Source: Klebsormidium nitens (Eukaryota; Plantae; Klebsormidiophyceae). From it: DNA of 64,000 nucleotides. The DNA lies in contig DF237087.1 in the NCBI GenBank assembly GCA_000708835.1, positions 1 to 64,000 on the forward strand, written 5' to 3'. The notes under the pieces are model-generated. The model worked only from the letters and a program-made list of their open reading frames with translations. It did not search any database and was not told the DNA's origin. Of the stretch, positions 35,883-48,900 are shown in pieces; the first letter of the stretch is position 1, and each line of letters opens with the position of its first letter. The position numbers were made by a program, and so were the translations under genes.

Positions 35883-38800
35883 CTAGACGAGAGAGATCGT
35901 GCTGGGCCCCCCTGGTGGATTCTTGGCACCCATCAGGTCTCGCTTTGGCGGTACTGCGTCACAGAAAATGTCGTTGCCACCTAGCTCCTTGCGCTTCGGA
36001 TCGCTGAGCATAATTGAAGGACCAGGACTGCGGCCATCGTCGAAGATATTGTTGCCACTGAGTTCTGCCAGCTTCGAATCGTGCAACTTCTTGGCCACCG
36101 CTTCAACAGGACCATCGTCACCAAAAGCAACCTGGCTTGTCCCTCCTACCGCAGGTCCCTGTAAACAGAAACGAGATGCTTGGAAGAAAAGTAAGCAAAA
36201 TGGAGACGCTCTGAGCAGAGGCTCTAGAAGAGTCTGAAAAGGTCACCTCGCCAACTGCTAGAGGACCCTAGCGCCTCTCACTTAAGAGGTCGAGCTCCTT
36301 GAATAGTGTTCTCCTGAGCAGACAAAAGATGTAACAAGCTACAAATCTGCTTGGAACTTGGAAACTCTCAGCTGTACGTCAGTCGAATATAGGAACCGGC
36401 ATGAAACTGTCATAGAAGCACATGGTTTATCAGGGAACGCCTTCTCAGGATTCGCACCTGAGTCTGGGTCTCAGAAGGCTTCTCCTCGTCCCTCCAGATC
36501 TTGAAGATGTGGTCGTTCTCCCCGGCATGTGCCTGAGCAAGTGGCTGTATCGACGGCCGGAAGGGGGGGGCCGGCCCAAACACCTTGGAGTCCAGCAGCT
36601 CCTTCTTCTTCTCGCTTGAGGGCCGCCCCAGATACTCGCCAGGACTGCCTTTTTGCAGCTCTTCCTCCATGTTGCCTCGGATTTCGGCGAACTTAGCCAA
36701 CTTGTGAGCCGGAACCTTCTCAGGGGTGGTATCGTAGCCACCACCAAGGGAGATCTGGCTGATTCCCCCGGCAGGCTGAATCAAAAGTAAGACCAAGAAC
36801 AATAAGCATGAAGACCGACTTTCATTTTCAATATGCTTTAAGTGATTCTCAATTACACAAACCACGCAAAAACTGATTGTCAATTGCACAAACAACACAA
36901 AAGATGCCCTAAAACAAGCACCTCACATTCCACAAGCAAGTGCAGGTATGCCTTTACAGAACGGCATTGACACTGACCGACAGACTTCACATTGAGCTTG
37001 CTACAGAAAGGAGTCATCTTCTTGAAACTTCAAGTGCGAAAAGCGGACAGAGGGACCATAACCCTCTGACTTGATTTAGTGCTAACAAGTATAGGCAGGT
37101 AATGATATATGAGCTTCTTGAAGTAGTGCTGACACAAAGTCAGGCAACCAGAGTCGACTGCGCTCTTTCCCTGCAAGAAAGCCAGTGTACAATGTACAAG
37201 TCGTAAGCGAGCAGCAAGCGAGCAGAAGGGTGCACTCACCTGTTGAACACGAGTGCTTGGCCTGTCTGTGATGTAGTTGCCATTATTCTGATCATTGTTG
37301 TTGGCAAATGCGTTTGAAGATTCAGAGTGGGGGCCCTTGTCGAAGATGCCACTGCCTGAGAGCTCTTTGTGCTTCTGTGCAGAACCAGGTCTCCTGCACA
37401 AAATCAAAGAGCAGAGTGAGCCAACAAGGTACTTGGCTTGCCATACAAGTCATTAAACACGGGACAATGAAAGCTCCTCACTGCAGCAATTAAGTGAATC
37501 AGGACGTTCTTTGCATACTGCCCCAGGGTCGGCTCTCACGACTACCATTTACATTTTTGTCCAGAAGATGTTTATGATAACAATGTACTTGGACGGCATC
37601 TAAGTGACTGCTGATCCTGCTTCCATATTCACATAAAGCGGACACCCAGGATACACTTGAGTCCGACACACTACAGTCAATCATAAAAAGCGCCCCGAAG
37701 AGGCCACAAATAACAAATCACAGAGCCTTCCGCTTTACAAAGCAAGGACCAGATGATGAAGAAGCTATACTTCAGGTGGCTAGAATAGTCAGATAGCAGG
37801 GCCTTGTAAGTTGTGAATGATGCACGAGACCAAATGGGGTGCATGAAACTCCCTCATTTGCTCTTTTGATTGAAGGCGACTAATCATCCTCCTCCTGAAA
37901 CTGGAGGATCATTAGAATGGCGGCCAAGGGTAAAAGCAGATAGCTAGTACAATGTCCAGGGGTGCATGACCTTATACAATATCACTGATAGCGCTTACGT
38001 GGGAATCGTCTCATGCTCAATTGGCTTCTCGTCCCCGAAGACAATCTTGCTTCCACTCCCTGGCTGCACGACATACAGAGCAAAAGGTAAGGTACAGAAA
38101 TGAAAACCAAACTATCGAAGCCAAAGAATCAATTTACAACACCACCACAAAAGTGCCTGATAAAACCTCCTTCCATCCTCAAGGCATGAATCTAGAAGCA
38201 CATTGACTTCGATGCTGGTCTTTCGCTCCAATATGAGTTATGCTTCGCTGCAAGTTCTTCATCTGACCAATTCTTTCAGATTTGCGGGGTCTGACTACGT
38301 CGAAATGAGGAAGCAATGATGCTTTTAGTATCCATTTTTACACCAATATCTGATGTCAAGGCACCCAAGATCACCCAGACAATCAAGCAGTTACCAATGG
38401 CATAGGGTTACAGAAGATCGTCACCAGACAGGACAAACAGCAACCTCCTCTACAGAGAACAGACCTGCCAAATTTCAACCTACACCCACACTTCAGGAGC
38501 GAGGTTGCCAATTCTCGAAAGTGATTGAGAGCTTCCATTGATTTTATATTTTCCTTTCCTGGCAACTTTTTCCCGGAGCAGGCATTTCCTTGCTGATTGT
38601 CAATCTCTATGAGAACACCTGGTACAGATCTTGGATGCATTGCAACAATGTTGATTGACAGAGGCTCTCTGGGATGCTTCCAACTGCTACATTCTGCAAC
38701 CAAGCCGCAATTGCTTTGAAAATGTCGACTTGATACACTTTTTTTCTGTCGCCTTTGGTCGCCTCGCTCAACTAAGCCAAAACTTGCAAATTTGATCAAG

Positions 38801-39198
38801 CACAGAGTATCGATATGCTCGAAAGTTCTTCTGAGTGACCCGTTGTGGCAGAATATAACATCTGAAACCAAGGACCGGCGAACTTCCAAAAGCTCTGAAA
38901 GGAACCTAGGACGCAATTTACCATCCTCGAACTTAAGTGTGTCATGGTGGTTGCCCTGAATGGTGTTACAAGCAGCATTGCAGACTTCCTGCTTTGAATA
39001 AAACAAGCCGTACACTGACAGGCTGACAAAGCAGGAGAAGATTGGCAGCAAACTTACAGAGGTTCCTCTTCCCCGTCTGACCCCGGTGATAGTGTCTGGG
39101 GTTGGAGGTCCCGAACTTTCACTCCAATCGAAAAGGTTAATGCTCTGATCTCCTCCAGGGGGTATTGACAGTCTTCTTTGAATAGTCCCTTCCGCCAT
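35883..39198 (-). CDS. DUF4057-family plant protein (HN1/Jupiter-like repeats)
   Basis: Exons 39198-39058, 38063-37999, 37393-37240, 36775-36458, 36158-35883 in phase (317 aa). Motifs NLFDWSE, KELSGSGIF, RPSTRVQQPAGGISQISLG, AELSGNNIF, KELGGNDIF and terminal PPGGPSTISLV. Confidence 0.85.
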
Positions 39199-40317
39199 TG
39201 TGAACTTCTGCTGAGGATCACACGCTCCAGATGTTTGCAGACCACCTTCAAATCTCTCCTGTGGACTTTTTGAAGGCCTTCTATCCCCAACTCAAACACC
39301 TGCCTGGTGAAATCTAGAGCTCAAGCGGTCTTCAAGGACACCCCTCGACGATCAACCAGAGGGTCCGGGGCACTGCTATAGCTCATCGAACCGTCGCTCC
39401 TCGCTAAGTACCCTCCCATAAACCGACTGCCAACCTCGCCCTGGGCCTAGGACCTAGGTCCCCACCACGCTGTTGAAAGGAGAGCCTCTTGAAGGCGGTA
39501 GGTTGGCTTCTAGAAGAGCTGATGCCCAGCTGCGTCGGACTCCTTGAGTCCTGCTTCTTTCCAACGTCAACTTTCTGGAAGTCTGCGAAATCCAAGGCTT
39601 GTCAAGACCTGCACAGAGCAAAGCGCAGACTGAGACGGCGGACTAAGATTACAGAGTCCCGACTCCCGAGCCTCCGACTCTCTGACACAGATCAAGTTCC
39701 ACAGATTCGATTTGAACCGTCACGGTGCTTCTTCGGAAGTGGTAGGTACCGTGCGCTCGTATCCGCTGCCCGGTAGCTCATACCGGGTCAGAAGAAGAGA
39801 CCTTCAACTTGAAGCCCCGAGGCCAAATGCGCGTCATGGCTCCCCCGGGGGCCGTGGACTTGCAGGGTGCGATACACAGCGGTACCAATTTTCCCTCGCA
39901 TCTCATGGGACTCCCAACTTTAATTTGTCACCGGAAATCGGAAATCCGAAATTCACTGCCAAGGCTTTGGCATTGCCTGCCGCGGGAATGCAAGCAGCAA
40001 AGGGTTTCTTCCTCTCATTTCTAAATTCGTGGTACCTGTAGCCTGTTCAACAGCTGAGCTAGATAGGTACCTGGTTCTGCATGGTGGCGCATGTTGGTTT
40101 TGTGTTGCCACTTTACTATTGCGGTAGCATATCATAGGGGATGCTCACAGTTTCAACAGGTTTCTCTCCGATACAGTTGTGTTGCTTATCGAACTGAAAG
40201 CCCTCTGTCCTTGATGCATTCATGCGAGCGATAAACATCATCTGGTAGAGTTTGCCCTTTGCTCAACTGGAGTGAAGAACTTAGTTGAACAAAGACTATA
40301 ATACAGTGAAGGTAGTA

Positions 40318-41266
40318 ATGGCATTTCCCGACTTCGTTGCGGATAAGAGTTGGGCAGACTGGCACAACTTCGTTCCAGGAATCCTTATGGGCTTGCTTCT
40401 GGCTTGGATGCTTCGAAAGCTTACCACAGTGAGAACTAACCTAGTCCAGGCTGTATTTATTCTTCCACTTCAAGCTTCCGTTCTTCCTTTCACTGGCAGA
40501 ATTTGTCCAATGCAATGAGGCTCTACCCCTTCAAAACTCCCTCTACTTTTGCCGACTCCAGAGCCTGGGCTGTGCAGTGGAGTTGGTCCCAGCAGGCCTC
40601 AAAACCTTTGATTTTTTATCCAGCTTTGTGGCTTGAACTTCAGGGACTAATCAGCAAGAGGTCCTGCCTGCAATGAGCTGACAGTATCAAAATAGAGAGC
40701 ATCTCGTGGTGGTCAAGGCGCTGGCTTGTGTTCTGCTGAATGTGATCAAGCTTGGTTTCCACACCAAGTTTTTCAAGGGAAAACGAGTGGATTGCAATTT
40801 CACTTCCCTGGACAGACTTCGTGACTCAACAACTGCTCTTATGGGCACCAAGTTGTCTTCAGGCGAAGTAAAAACTTAGGACTTGCGAACCTTGATTGAA
40901 AAGTTTGTGGGTCACATCAAGATGTAGGTAGTAGGCAATCAGTCAAATTGGAGCGGGGTTTTTTTTGGAGAGCCTAACCTCTGACTGAGCAACTAGGCTT
41001 TAAACTTGGTCACTAGTGCCATGTTGGAGCGGTTTGGCCAAATAAACTCTTCAAACTGGTGAGTTCTTCTTGTTCTATGATTGGCGGCAACCACTGCGGC
41101 TCTTTCGTTGCAGGTTGTGTCAGACTTCAGTAGCGATCAGAAGAAGGTTGAAGCCAAAGGTGGTCTGGACATTGGTTCTGGAGATGAGAAGGAAGTTGAG
41201 TATGAGGATGAGGTGAGTGAGACCGAACCGGACGTAGTTGGAAAGGGCAAAAACAAGGTGACCTGA
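40318..41266 (+). CDS. Small (87 aa) single-pass membrane protein with acidic/basic tail, unknown function
   Basis: Exons 40318-40428 and 41114-41266 joined by a canonical phase-0 intron. Hydrophobic FVPGILMGLLLAWML followed by a charged tail (DEKEVEYEDE). An alternative donor after ...EDE is possible. Confidence 0.5.
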
Positions 41267-42529
41267 GTTGTTGAGTAGGTAGATGGCTCAGTGCGAGCAG
41301 ATAGCAAGTTCTGTGAACATAGAGATGCTTATGAGGGAGACTTGCGCCGCCCGTGTTGCGGTCAGCATAGCTTTTGCACTGCCTGTAGGTTTAGGTTCCC
41401 ATAGGTCATTATTTAGGAGGACCCTGCTCTGTTAGTCCTTTCGTCTAGTTGACTCTTATCCTCGTACGGTGACTGCCAATAGCTTGTGAGATATGTGTCT
41501 GCTTCCTGTACATAAAGACTCGCTCACATGGAAGAATCCACCGATGGACATCTCTGTCATGTCATGTTAATTCATCATCACAGACAGTCGTTTTTCCTTA
41601 ATCAGGATTAATATGATCATCGCAGGGTGAAAGCTCAAGATTGCAAATCATTGGCATCACTCTGCCAGACATGGCCCATAAGGTTGTGCATCTAATGATC
41701 GAATCAATGCTCGACACAACCACAAAGCATCAAGTTGAATGGTATTCCTTTCCAAGTGGACCGGACGCGTGCATGGCTAGCTGCACCGCATGGCAAACAC
41801 TTTTTAGTGTTTTGATATGTGCAGTGCATGTTCCAATTTGCGATGGCCGGAGTCTGTATGGCCATATATATGCGGTCGAACATCACATGCATATCAATGT
41901 GCGTACATGAATGATCGCGCTTAACCAGTGATAAGTTCCGAATCCGACAACTTCCGATTCATGGCTTAGAATTGCTTATGAGCTTTTCTTTCACTAGTCA
42001 GAGTAACTTTAAGAGTGCATGCACATTAGACTATACCGGTATATGAGTCTGGCAAGCAACTTCAATCTACAAGCGCCGCAAAGCCGGGTCTCAAGTCGAA
42101 GAGTTCGACTACAGTTCAAGTACTACAGTTCGACTACAGTTCGATTCAACATCCGAAAGCGTGCATGATGCATGTGACACTGATTCAAGTTGGACGGTCC
42201 ACTTGTGAAGATTCAAGCCTATGATTGAAGCAGATGCAGGCTGAGGTTGAAGACGGCGGCTACTTCTATGTACAGGCCCTCGTTGTCATGAAGTCGTGCT
42301 TGCACGTTTTAACCTTCAGTGCACTACGGAGTGACTCCGATACCGATGTACAATTTTGTCTTCTACACCGTTGCGGTCAAATCAATGGTTAGCAACCCAA
42401 TGTCTCGTCACTTCGCTCGAGAATTAATGCGAAGGCTTGAAAGCATAGAGCACAAATGTAAACCATGTTAATACTATGATTGACTTAGAGCAGACACGAT
42501 GATCGAGCTACAAGAATTGGTCGTATCAA

Positions 42530-44964
42530 TCAGGCTGCCACAGGTACATTGCCCTTTGGTACAAACTCGTACGAAGTCAGGCCTAGAACCTTGAACTCCC
42601 AACTGTCGTGCAGTTGTCTTGCCTCGGCGTCTTCTCCGGCAGCTCCAAGTGCCACGTGGAGGGGTAGGAAGTGCTCGGGAGAAGGGTGTGCCCTCCGAGC
42701 GTGGGGAGCCTTCTCCAAATACGAGCAAACGTCAGAGAATCTGCACGCAGCGAATGCCAGCTTCAGAATGCGTGTCGTTCATCACAAGAGACGACGGTTA
42801 AGTTGACGGGAGAAAGGAATGCTCCGCAAATCGTTTAATAAAGTAAAGTCAGATTACACAGTCGGTCTTTATGGAGGAAAATATCGAAGCTCTCGAGAAC
42901 GGGCCGTGCTTGGGCTGTTATACTTTGATTCATGATTTCGATATGATGATCAGTTCGCCTGGCCCAATGTCCTTGCTGTATTCTGCTCCCCATATATAAC
43001 CAGCAACGGCTGCCTTTCCGTCTTTCTTGACGCGTCCTAAGTCCCACTAAGAGATTCAGCGTCAAAGCAAACTTAGTACCTCGCCTCTCCTCTCAAGAAA
43101 AATAAGGAGAGGAACTCGTTACCTCGCCTCTCCGTTTATAGAGACAAGGAAAAGCAAAGACCCTTTCAGGTCGACGAGAAAGACCCCCCTTCCTCAAGGG
43201 AGTCCTTCGATGGCTCGTATATTCCTCACAAGAGCCACTCCGTCGCCTCACCTCTTCTCCATGAGCGCCAAGTCCAGCCAGTCCGCAAAGTCTCTCGCCC
43301 AGTTGCCGTCGCCCTTAGCGGCAGGGGTACGACCAAAGACCTCTCCTAAGTTATGGACGACCCCCCCGGAGCCCATCACAAGGACTCCCTCCTCTTTCAG
43401 GGGGGCAAGAGCTTGCCCCAACCGGAAGTGGAAAGCGGCGTCTTTATCCGGCATGACCGATAGCTGTCATCGCAATGATGATACGTAGTTTAGAGATCGC
43501 ACAATCTGAAAGTAGTTTCTGAAGTTCGCAACGATGAGCACGTAGAAGTTTCAGAAGGTGAACGAAGCAGCGAGACAGCCTGGGGGAAGGACGAGTCAGA
43601 ACCGAGACAACTATTCAGGGAAGTTGTCAGGAGCCAAGACCAAGGTTTCAATGAGCCCAGAGAGAATCTCAGATGACAAAAAGCGATCGTTGAGTCGGAC
43701 TCGGTCGTGGATTGAATGAGTAGAAACTTTAGGTGCATGAGGCGAGAAAGAGAGTCCGCGTAAGCGAGAAAGGATCGTTTCCAGTAAGAGAGAGAAGTCA
43801 CTTGCAAACAACAGGTTTGGGATAGGTAGAGAGGCATGCAAGCTGAGGAGAGGAGCTTTATGGCCCAAGATACGAGCTTCGTAACCTGGGAGCCAGTCAA
43901 AAGGATTGGACTGATCAATCAGGGGAATTCTCAGACGTCCAAACGCTGCTGACCATGACCAAGTTGAGGGATAGACAGGACCTTCTCTGCTGAACCTTGC
44001 TCCTCGGTTGAGTCTCTGCTGACCTTAATCCTCCGTTGAGTCAATCTCAAGAAAGCATGCTGGAAAGGGACTCCAACACGTGTCGTAAATCTTCCATCCT
44101 AAGCACTTGTCCTCACCTGCACCACTGGTATTTGTGCCTCAGGGTACATCAGTTTGAGGGGCACCCAGGCCCCGTGGTCCAGGCCCCTCTTCTTGTCTTC
44201 TCTCACAGGCAGCCCCGCCGCTCTAAGCAAGCTCGCGGTGCGGCGGGCCAGCTCAGGAGCGCCAGGGACAGGGTATCTTTGCTGCATTGAAAAAGAAGAA
44301 TTGTATTTGTATGAGGAAATGTTCATAGTGCGGTCGGGGCAACGATCACACTTTTTTAAGGCTTCATCGCAATATGATACATCTACGAGTCTCTTCTGCC
44401 CCTCTTGTATTTAATAGCATGCGGATGTAAGACCGCATGACAAGCTTTGCTGTGACAACATTTCGTTTTCATCTCAAACTTGTGCAAGTGTCGTTCAATC
44501 CAGACGAGCGAGACAGTCAGTAGCCCGTCTTTCATTCCAGAAGAGAGCGTCAAGATCAGTCCTTCCATAGGTTCTGAAGCGGATGCAGATGTCAGACTCT
44601 AAGAATCCCAGGTCTGGTCCTAGTATAAAATTTCCCAGCCAGCGATAAGTTCTATTGACAGGCACTGAGCCAACCAATATGCGCGGAATCACAGCAAGAG
44701 TTCTTTGATCACCTCATACAGCACGGCAGGGAAACCATAAAAGTCGTGAATTGTCTCAGGCGCATTTGTGAGCGTCACGCTCGGCTCTGACGTGGTCCAG
44801 TGCGCAGACACCGCCAGGATCGCCTTTGGCACTGGCGAGATTTGTCTGCCCAGCCCTTCAAGGAACGTCCTCGTTGGGGTGTCGCTTATGGGCAGCGTCG
44901 GAGACCCGTGGGAGAGAAACAGTGGGCTTATTATGGTCGCGGGTGCTTTGACGGCTGCCGCCAT
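42530..44964 (-). CDS. DODA: LigB/4,5-DOPA-dioxygenase-like extradiol dioxygenase, paralog 2 (canonical length)
   Basis: Exons 44964-44713, 44281-44117, 43463-43252, 42740-42530 in phase (279 aa). Motifs [53 protein letters not shown]. An upstream in-frame ATG lies at 45165. Confidence 0.95.
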
Positions 44965-45912
44965 TGCAATGGGGTTCTTGTGGGTCTGGGGGAGTGAAGC
45001 TGAAAACCAAATTAACAGAGAGCCCAGGATCGCTGTTGAAAGAAGCAGGAATGTGGCAGCGGGAGAAATATAGAGAATCTGTGGCCACAAGAAGGGGCGT
45101 CCACTAGCTCTGGCCTGCTTGCCTCTTACTTTGAAGGATGTTGGTGCAGTCCAGTGTGCTGGCATTGAAAGTTCAATTTTGGCTATTGAAGCTGGAATTC
45201 AGCAGACTATTGGACATGAAGCAAAAGATTCCCCCATTCAACCAGAACTAGAACTTGGATCAAGCTTCTCTCCGGCCCTCTCAGAAGCTCTGGCGTCCTT
45301 TGATTACACGACACGGGTCACAAGCTCGTCATGAACAAGCGCCATTTTCGCGTCCCTTCTACATTCTACTGTAGCGGCCATTGCAACAGCTTGCGGAAGT
45401 TGATTGAAACAGCCGCCATGGCACATTCTGGCAAATTTCTGTCGCACATGTGGCAGAAACTTCGATGACAGGTTCCACGTGTGTTCACGTGGTCTGATTT
45501 GTGACGCAACCTTCAAACCATTTACGGAGATGGTTACGTCACCAGGATTCTCCGGGATCATCCAAGGAATCCCGATGCACCATTACCGCCTGCTCGTGAA
45601 CCGTTAACATCCAAAGTTCTGACATCCAGAGTCCACGCGCGTTCCTAGGTTGAGCAATTGGCCAATAATATGAGAACTTGAATGCACGCAACTTGGAACG
45701 TTGTTTGCGCCTTCAGTAGATGATGGTACATCTGCTTTCTGGATCCTTTTAACGCCTCAGGCCAAAAACCTCGAAACGAGGCGGCGGTGTCAGAAGTCTG
45801 CAAGTCCAAGTGCAGGCCTTTTCCGTTAGAAGCAAGTTTTCTGCTTGCAGACATGGCGGTGGCAATCGCGGGCTCTTTTTCCAATAAAGCTTGATCAAGT
45901 CTGCAAGCCGAA

Positions 45913-48900
45913 ATGGGGGAGGAGAATGCTGTGAAAACGCCCGGTGATATTTTAGGGAGAGTCTCGGAATATACTTCTGGTCGAGGAACACACGTGCGGG
46001 GAGATCACATCTGTGCGTCCATTGTGGGCCAGCAAAGCATCTCGGCGCCCGCAGCTGGGGCCTCCGATAAAGCGCAGGTGAGTTATGTACGATCTCAAAT
46101 TGTGGCAACTCTGTCCCTTCTAGGGCGCTGCCTGCTTTCAGTGGTCGTAATTAGATGTTGGAGAAAGACATCGAGTCACTTAACTGGCAAGCTTGACACT
46201 GGCGCATGTAAGCACAGGTAGAGATCGATGTGGCAGTCGTGGAACAGAAGCGCTCCTTGTATGTTTGAAGGTTCAGATGTTTGGCAGCTTGTTCGTCTGT
46301 GAATCTGTTTTTCAAGAGTTCACTTACTTTTGGGGGCCCTGAAAGTGGGCAGGATAACAGGCCATCAATGCTCCGGGCAGGCTTGCATTGAGATTTTCAA
46401 GGGAAGGGCTCAGTATGATCACTTCAGGTCTACCTACTTTCTTCAAAAATCAACCACTTTCTTGATGTCCTGAATGGGGCGCCAATAAGCAATGTGCTTC
46501 AAGTGAGCAACTGTGATGTGACATGAAAACTCAGCGTAATGACTAACGGGACAGATTATGACGCCCCTCTGCTGTGAAAGAGAACACAAACTCGCCATAC
46601 CATGGTTAAGCTCACATTGTGTGGTAAACTAAACCGACCGCTCTTGTTTCAAGATTAGAATAACCTTATGCAAAGACCTTTGGACTTTCTTTATGATGGA
46701 TCTCGAAACTCCATGGACACGTCAGGGCAACGCGTTGGCTTTTATTGAGCAACCACTTATGAAACCACCTAATCTAGATGCTTTCAAGTGACCCCCAATT
46801 TTATCTTTCGAGCCCGTTGAACACGGGCTTGCTTGCAGACCAGCCTTAATCGTATCTCTTAGAACTGTACTTTGGACTTGTCAATTGTCCACTTCTATCC
46901 AGTGATGCAGGCTGTTTGACTTGGTAGAGACTTATTTAGATCAAGTGTACACAATTCTCTGAATTTACATTATTCGGACACTTGTGCTATACTCCAGTAC
47001 ACAAAGGCGTCTTCTCTGGTTGCTGCAGCTGCCTGTGATCGAAGTGATCAACGGCAAGGAGCGGTCAGCGGTGCCTGAGACGGGGAGTACAGTCACGGCA
47101 AAAGTGAGTGGCCAGGAACGATCCAATGAGGCTGTGCAACTGGGGTTGGAGCAGCACGATACGTCAGCTGCTCGTGGGTAGAGTCAAGTTCGTCTGAGGG
47201 CCCAAATTCCCGCAATCTGCATCGGGTGCAGAGATCGCAATCCCCGAAAGGAGAAGTTGAACGTATGGTTAGATTCCTTTGACGTTTTCAAGAAGTAGAA
47301 TCTGGATCTCTACACTGGTTGGTGTGGATCTTTCGCTCTGGTGCCTTCGAAGGCGCTGCAATAGTTGGGGCGTATTCTAGTGCTGGCTGTCACAGGCCTG
47401 AAAGTTGAGGTATCAATATATTCGACGGTGGCCGAAGTCGCGTATGTGCTGGATGGAATCCCGGGAGTCCTGTTCGAGTCCTCTAAAAAACAGCCGTTGA
47501 CAATTCTTCTTCCAAACGCGCGTACCCATTGTCCGCTTTTTGGAAGGGGGGCACTGATGCTCGCACTCACCTTCATTCCGTTTTTAGCACACTTGACGGC
47601 TCGTCACTCTGATGCAATCGTGCCTTGTGCTGCAATCAAACGGCTGCATACCTTGCCTGTTCTGGACATTCTGCACCGTGGATCGGAGGGGACGTGAGGG
47701 GTCCCTGGACGGGGGGATCCTCGGTCTAACCGTCCTTTCATTTCGTCCAGGTTGTGCGGATAGACCACAGAAAGGCCACCGCCGACATCCTGTGTGTCGG
47801 CCTGCGTGCAGTGACGCAAAAGTTCACCGGAATCATTAGGTAAGTATTCTGGCTCTGGGTCCAAGCCGATAGGACAGTTCGAAGCTGACCGCTCATGTCT
47901 GGGCAGTTTCTCCCCCATCTCTTCTTGAGATTGGCGCTTTGGTCGATCAAAGCGCCAGTTGGACTGCACGCCTGTCTTCATTCAAGCAAGCTACATGCAG
48001 ACTTCGCTTCTCGTTTTCCCTGCACCACTTGCGCATAGTCGCTTCTTCGTCAGGTGCTTCTACTTCTACACGCGGCTGTGCCAGCAGCCAAGAAAGAGAT
48101 TTGTGTGTCATATTTCAATCGTCCGGTGTTGACCTCTCGCTGATCCAATCGTGTGTTGTTTCTGCAGGCAGCAAGACGTCCGAGCTACGGAGATCGACAA
48201 GGTCGAGATCGCAACGTCGTTCCGGCCAGGCGACATCGTGCGGGCAGAAGTCGTATCCTTTACAAGCGTGCCACGTGTCCTGTTACTTGTATTTGCACTG
48301 CAGTTTTCTCTGTCGAGTCATGCCCTGCACGACTTGTTCGTCTCACGAACTTGTTCGTCACACGATTCGGTTTCGTGTAATCGCATCTTTGAAAACTGGG
48401 TTTTTCTTTGGTCCTTTGCAACTTGCGACCTGCGAAATTTTTCAAGTTGCTTGGCCTTGCAAAAGCGCAAGTTTGATTTGGTTTTCTGCCAGGCCATCTC
48501 ACCTTCTTTCTCGTCTCCGCGTTGCGGTATCCCTGACCACGTCTTGCCAGCTGTCCTTGGGCGACGCCCGCGCCTACTACCTCTCAACGGCCAAGAATGA
48601 GCTGGGAGTGGTGTTCGCCAAGAGCCCAGCAGGTGGGTCTCCTCCGAGGGGATTTTTGATGCTTATCCCAATATTTTACTAACCCAATGTCTGTTGTTGT
48701 GTTTCGGCGATTCAAAAATTTGAGTTTTCCAATCAGTCTTCTTCACACGTTTCCTCAAACGGCGCACCGATCCTGTTTTTCAATGGAAAGCCAGTTGGAG
48801 AGCATGTTCGACCCGTCCGAACATGCTTTGGCCCGTGATTGAGCATCAATGTCTGAGCACGTAATCTAACCTCGTCTCTGTTCCGTCGGAGCTGTTCGCC

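Noticed and set aside
40318-41266. Peptidyl-tRNA hydrolase 2 (N-terminal TM plus acidic linker looked similar)
   Set aside because: No downstream exon with the KMVLVVRxDLxMGKGK catalytic-domain motif was found before the DODA2 3' end.
23183-44964. Betalain pigment pathway suggested by two DODA genes
   Set aside because: Both proteins carry the HNL motif (VHNLK, VHNLG) of non-betalain LigB homologs rather than the H-P-(S/A)-(N/D)-x-T-P motif reported for betalain-forming DODAs, and no tyrosine-hydroxylating P450 is in the window.
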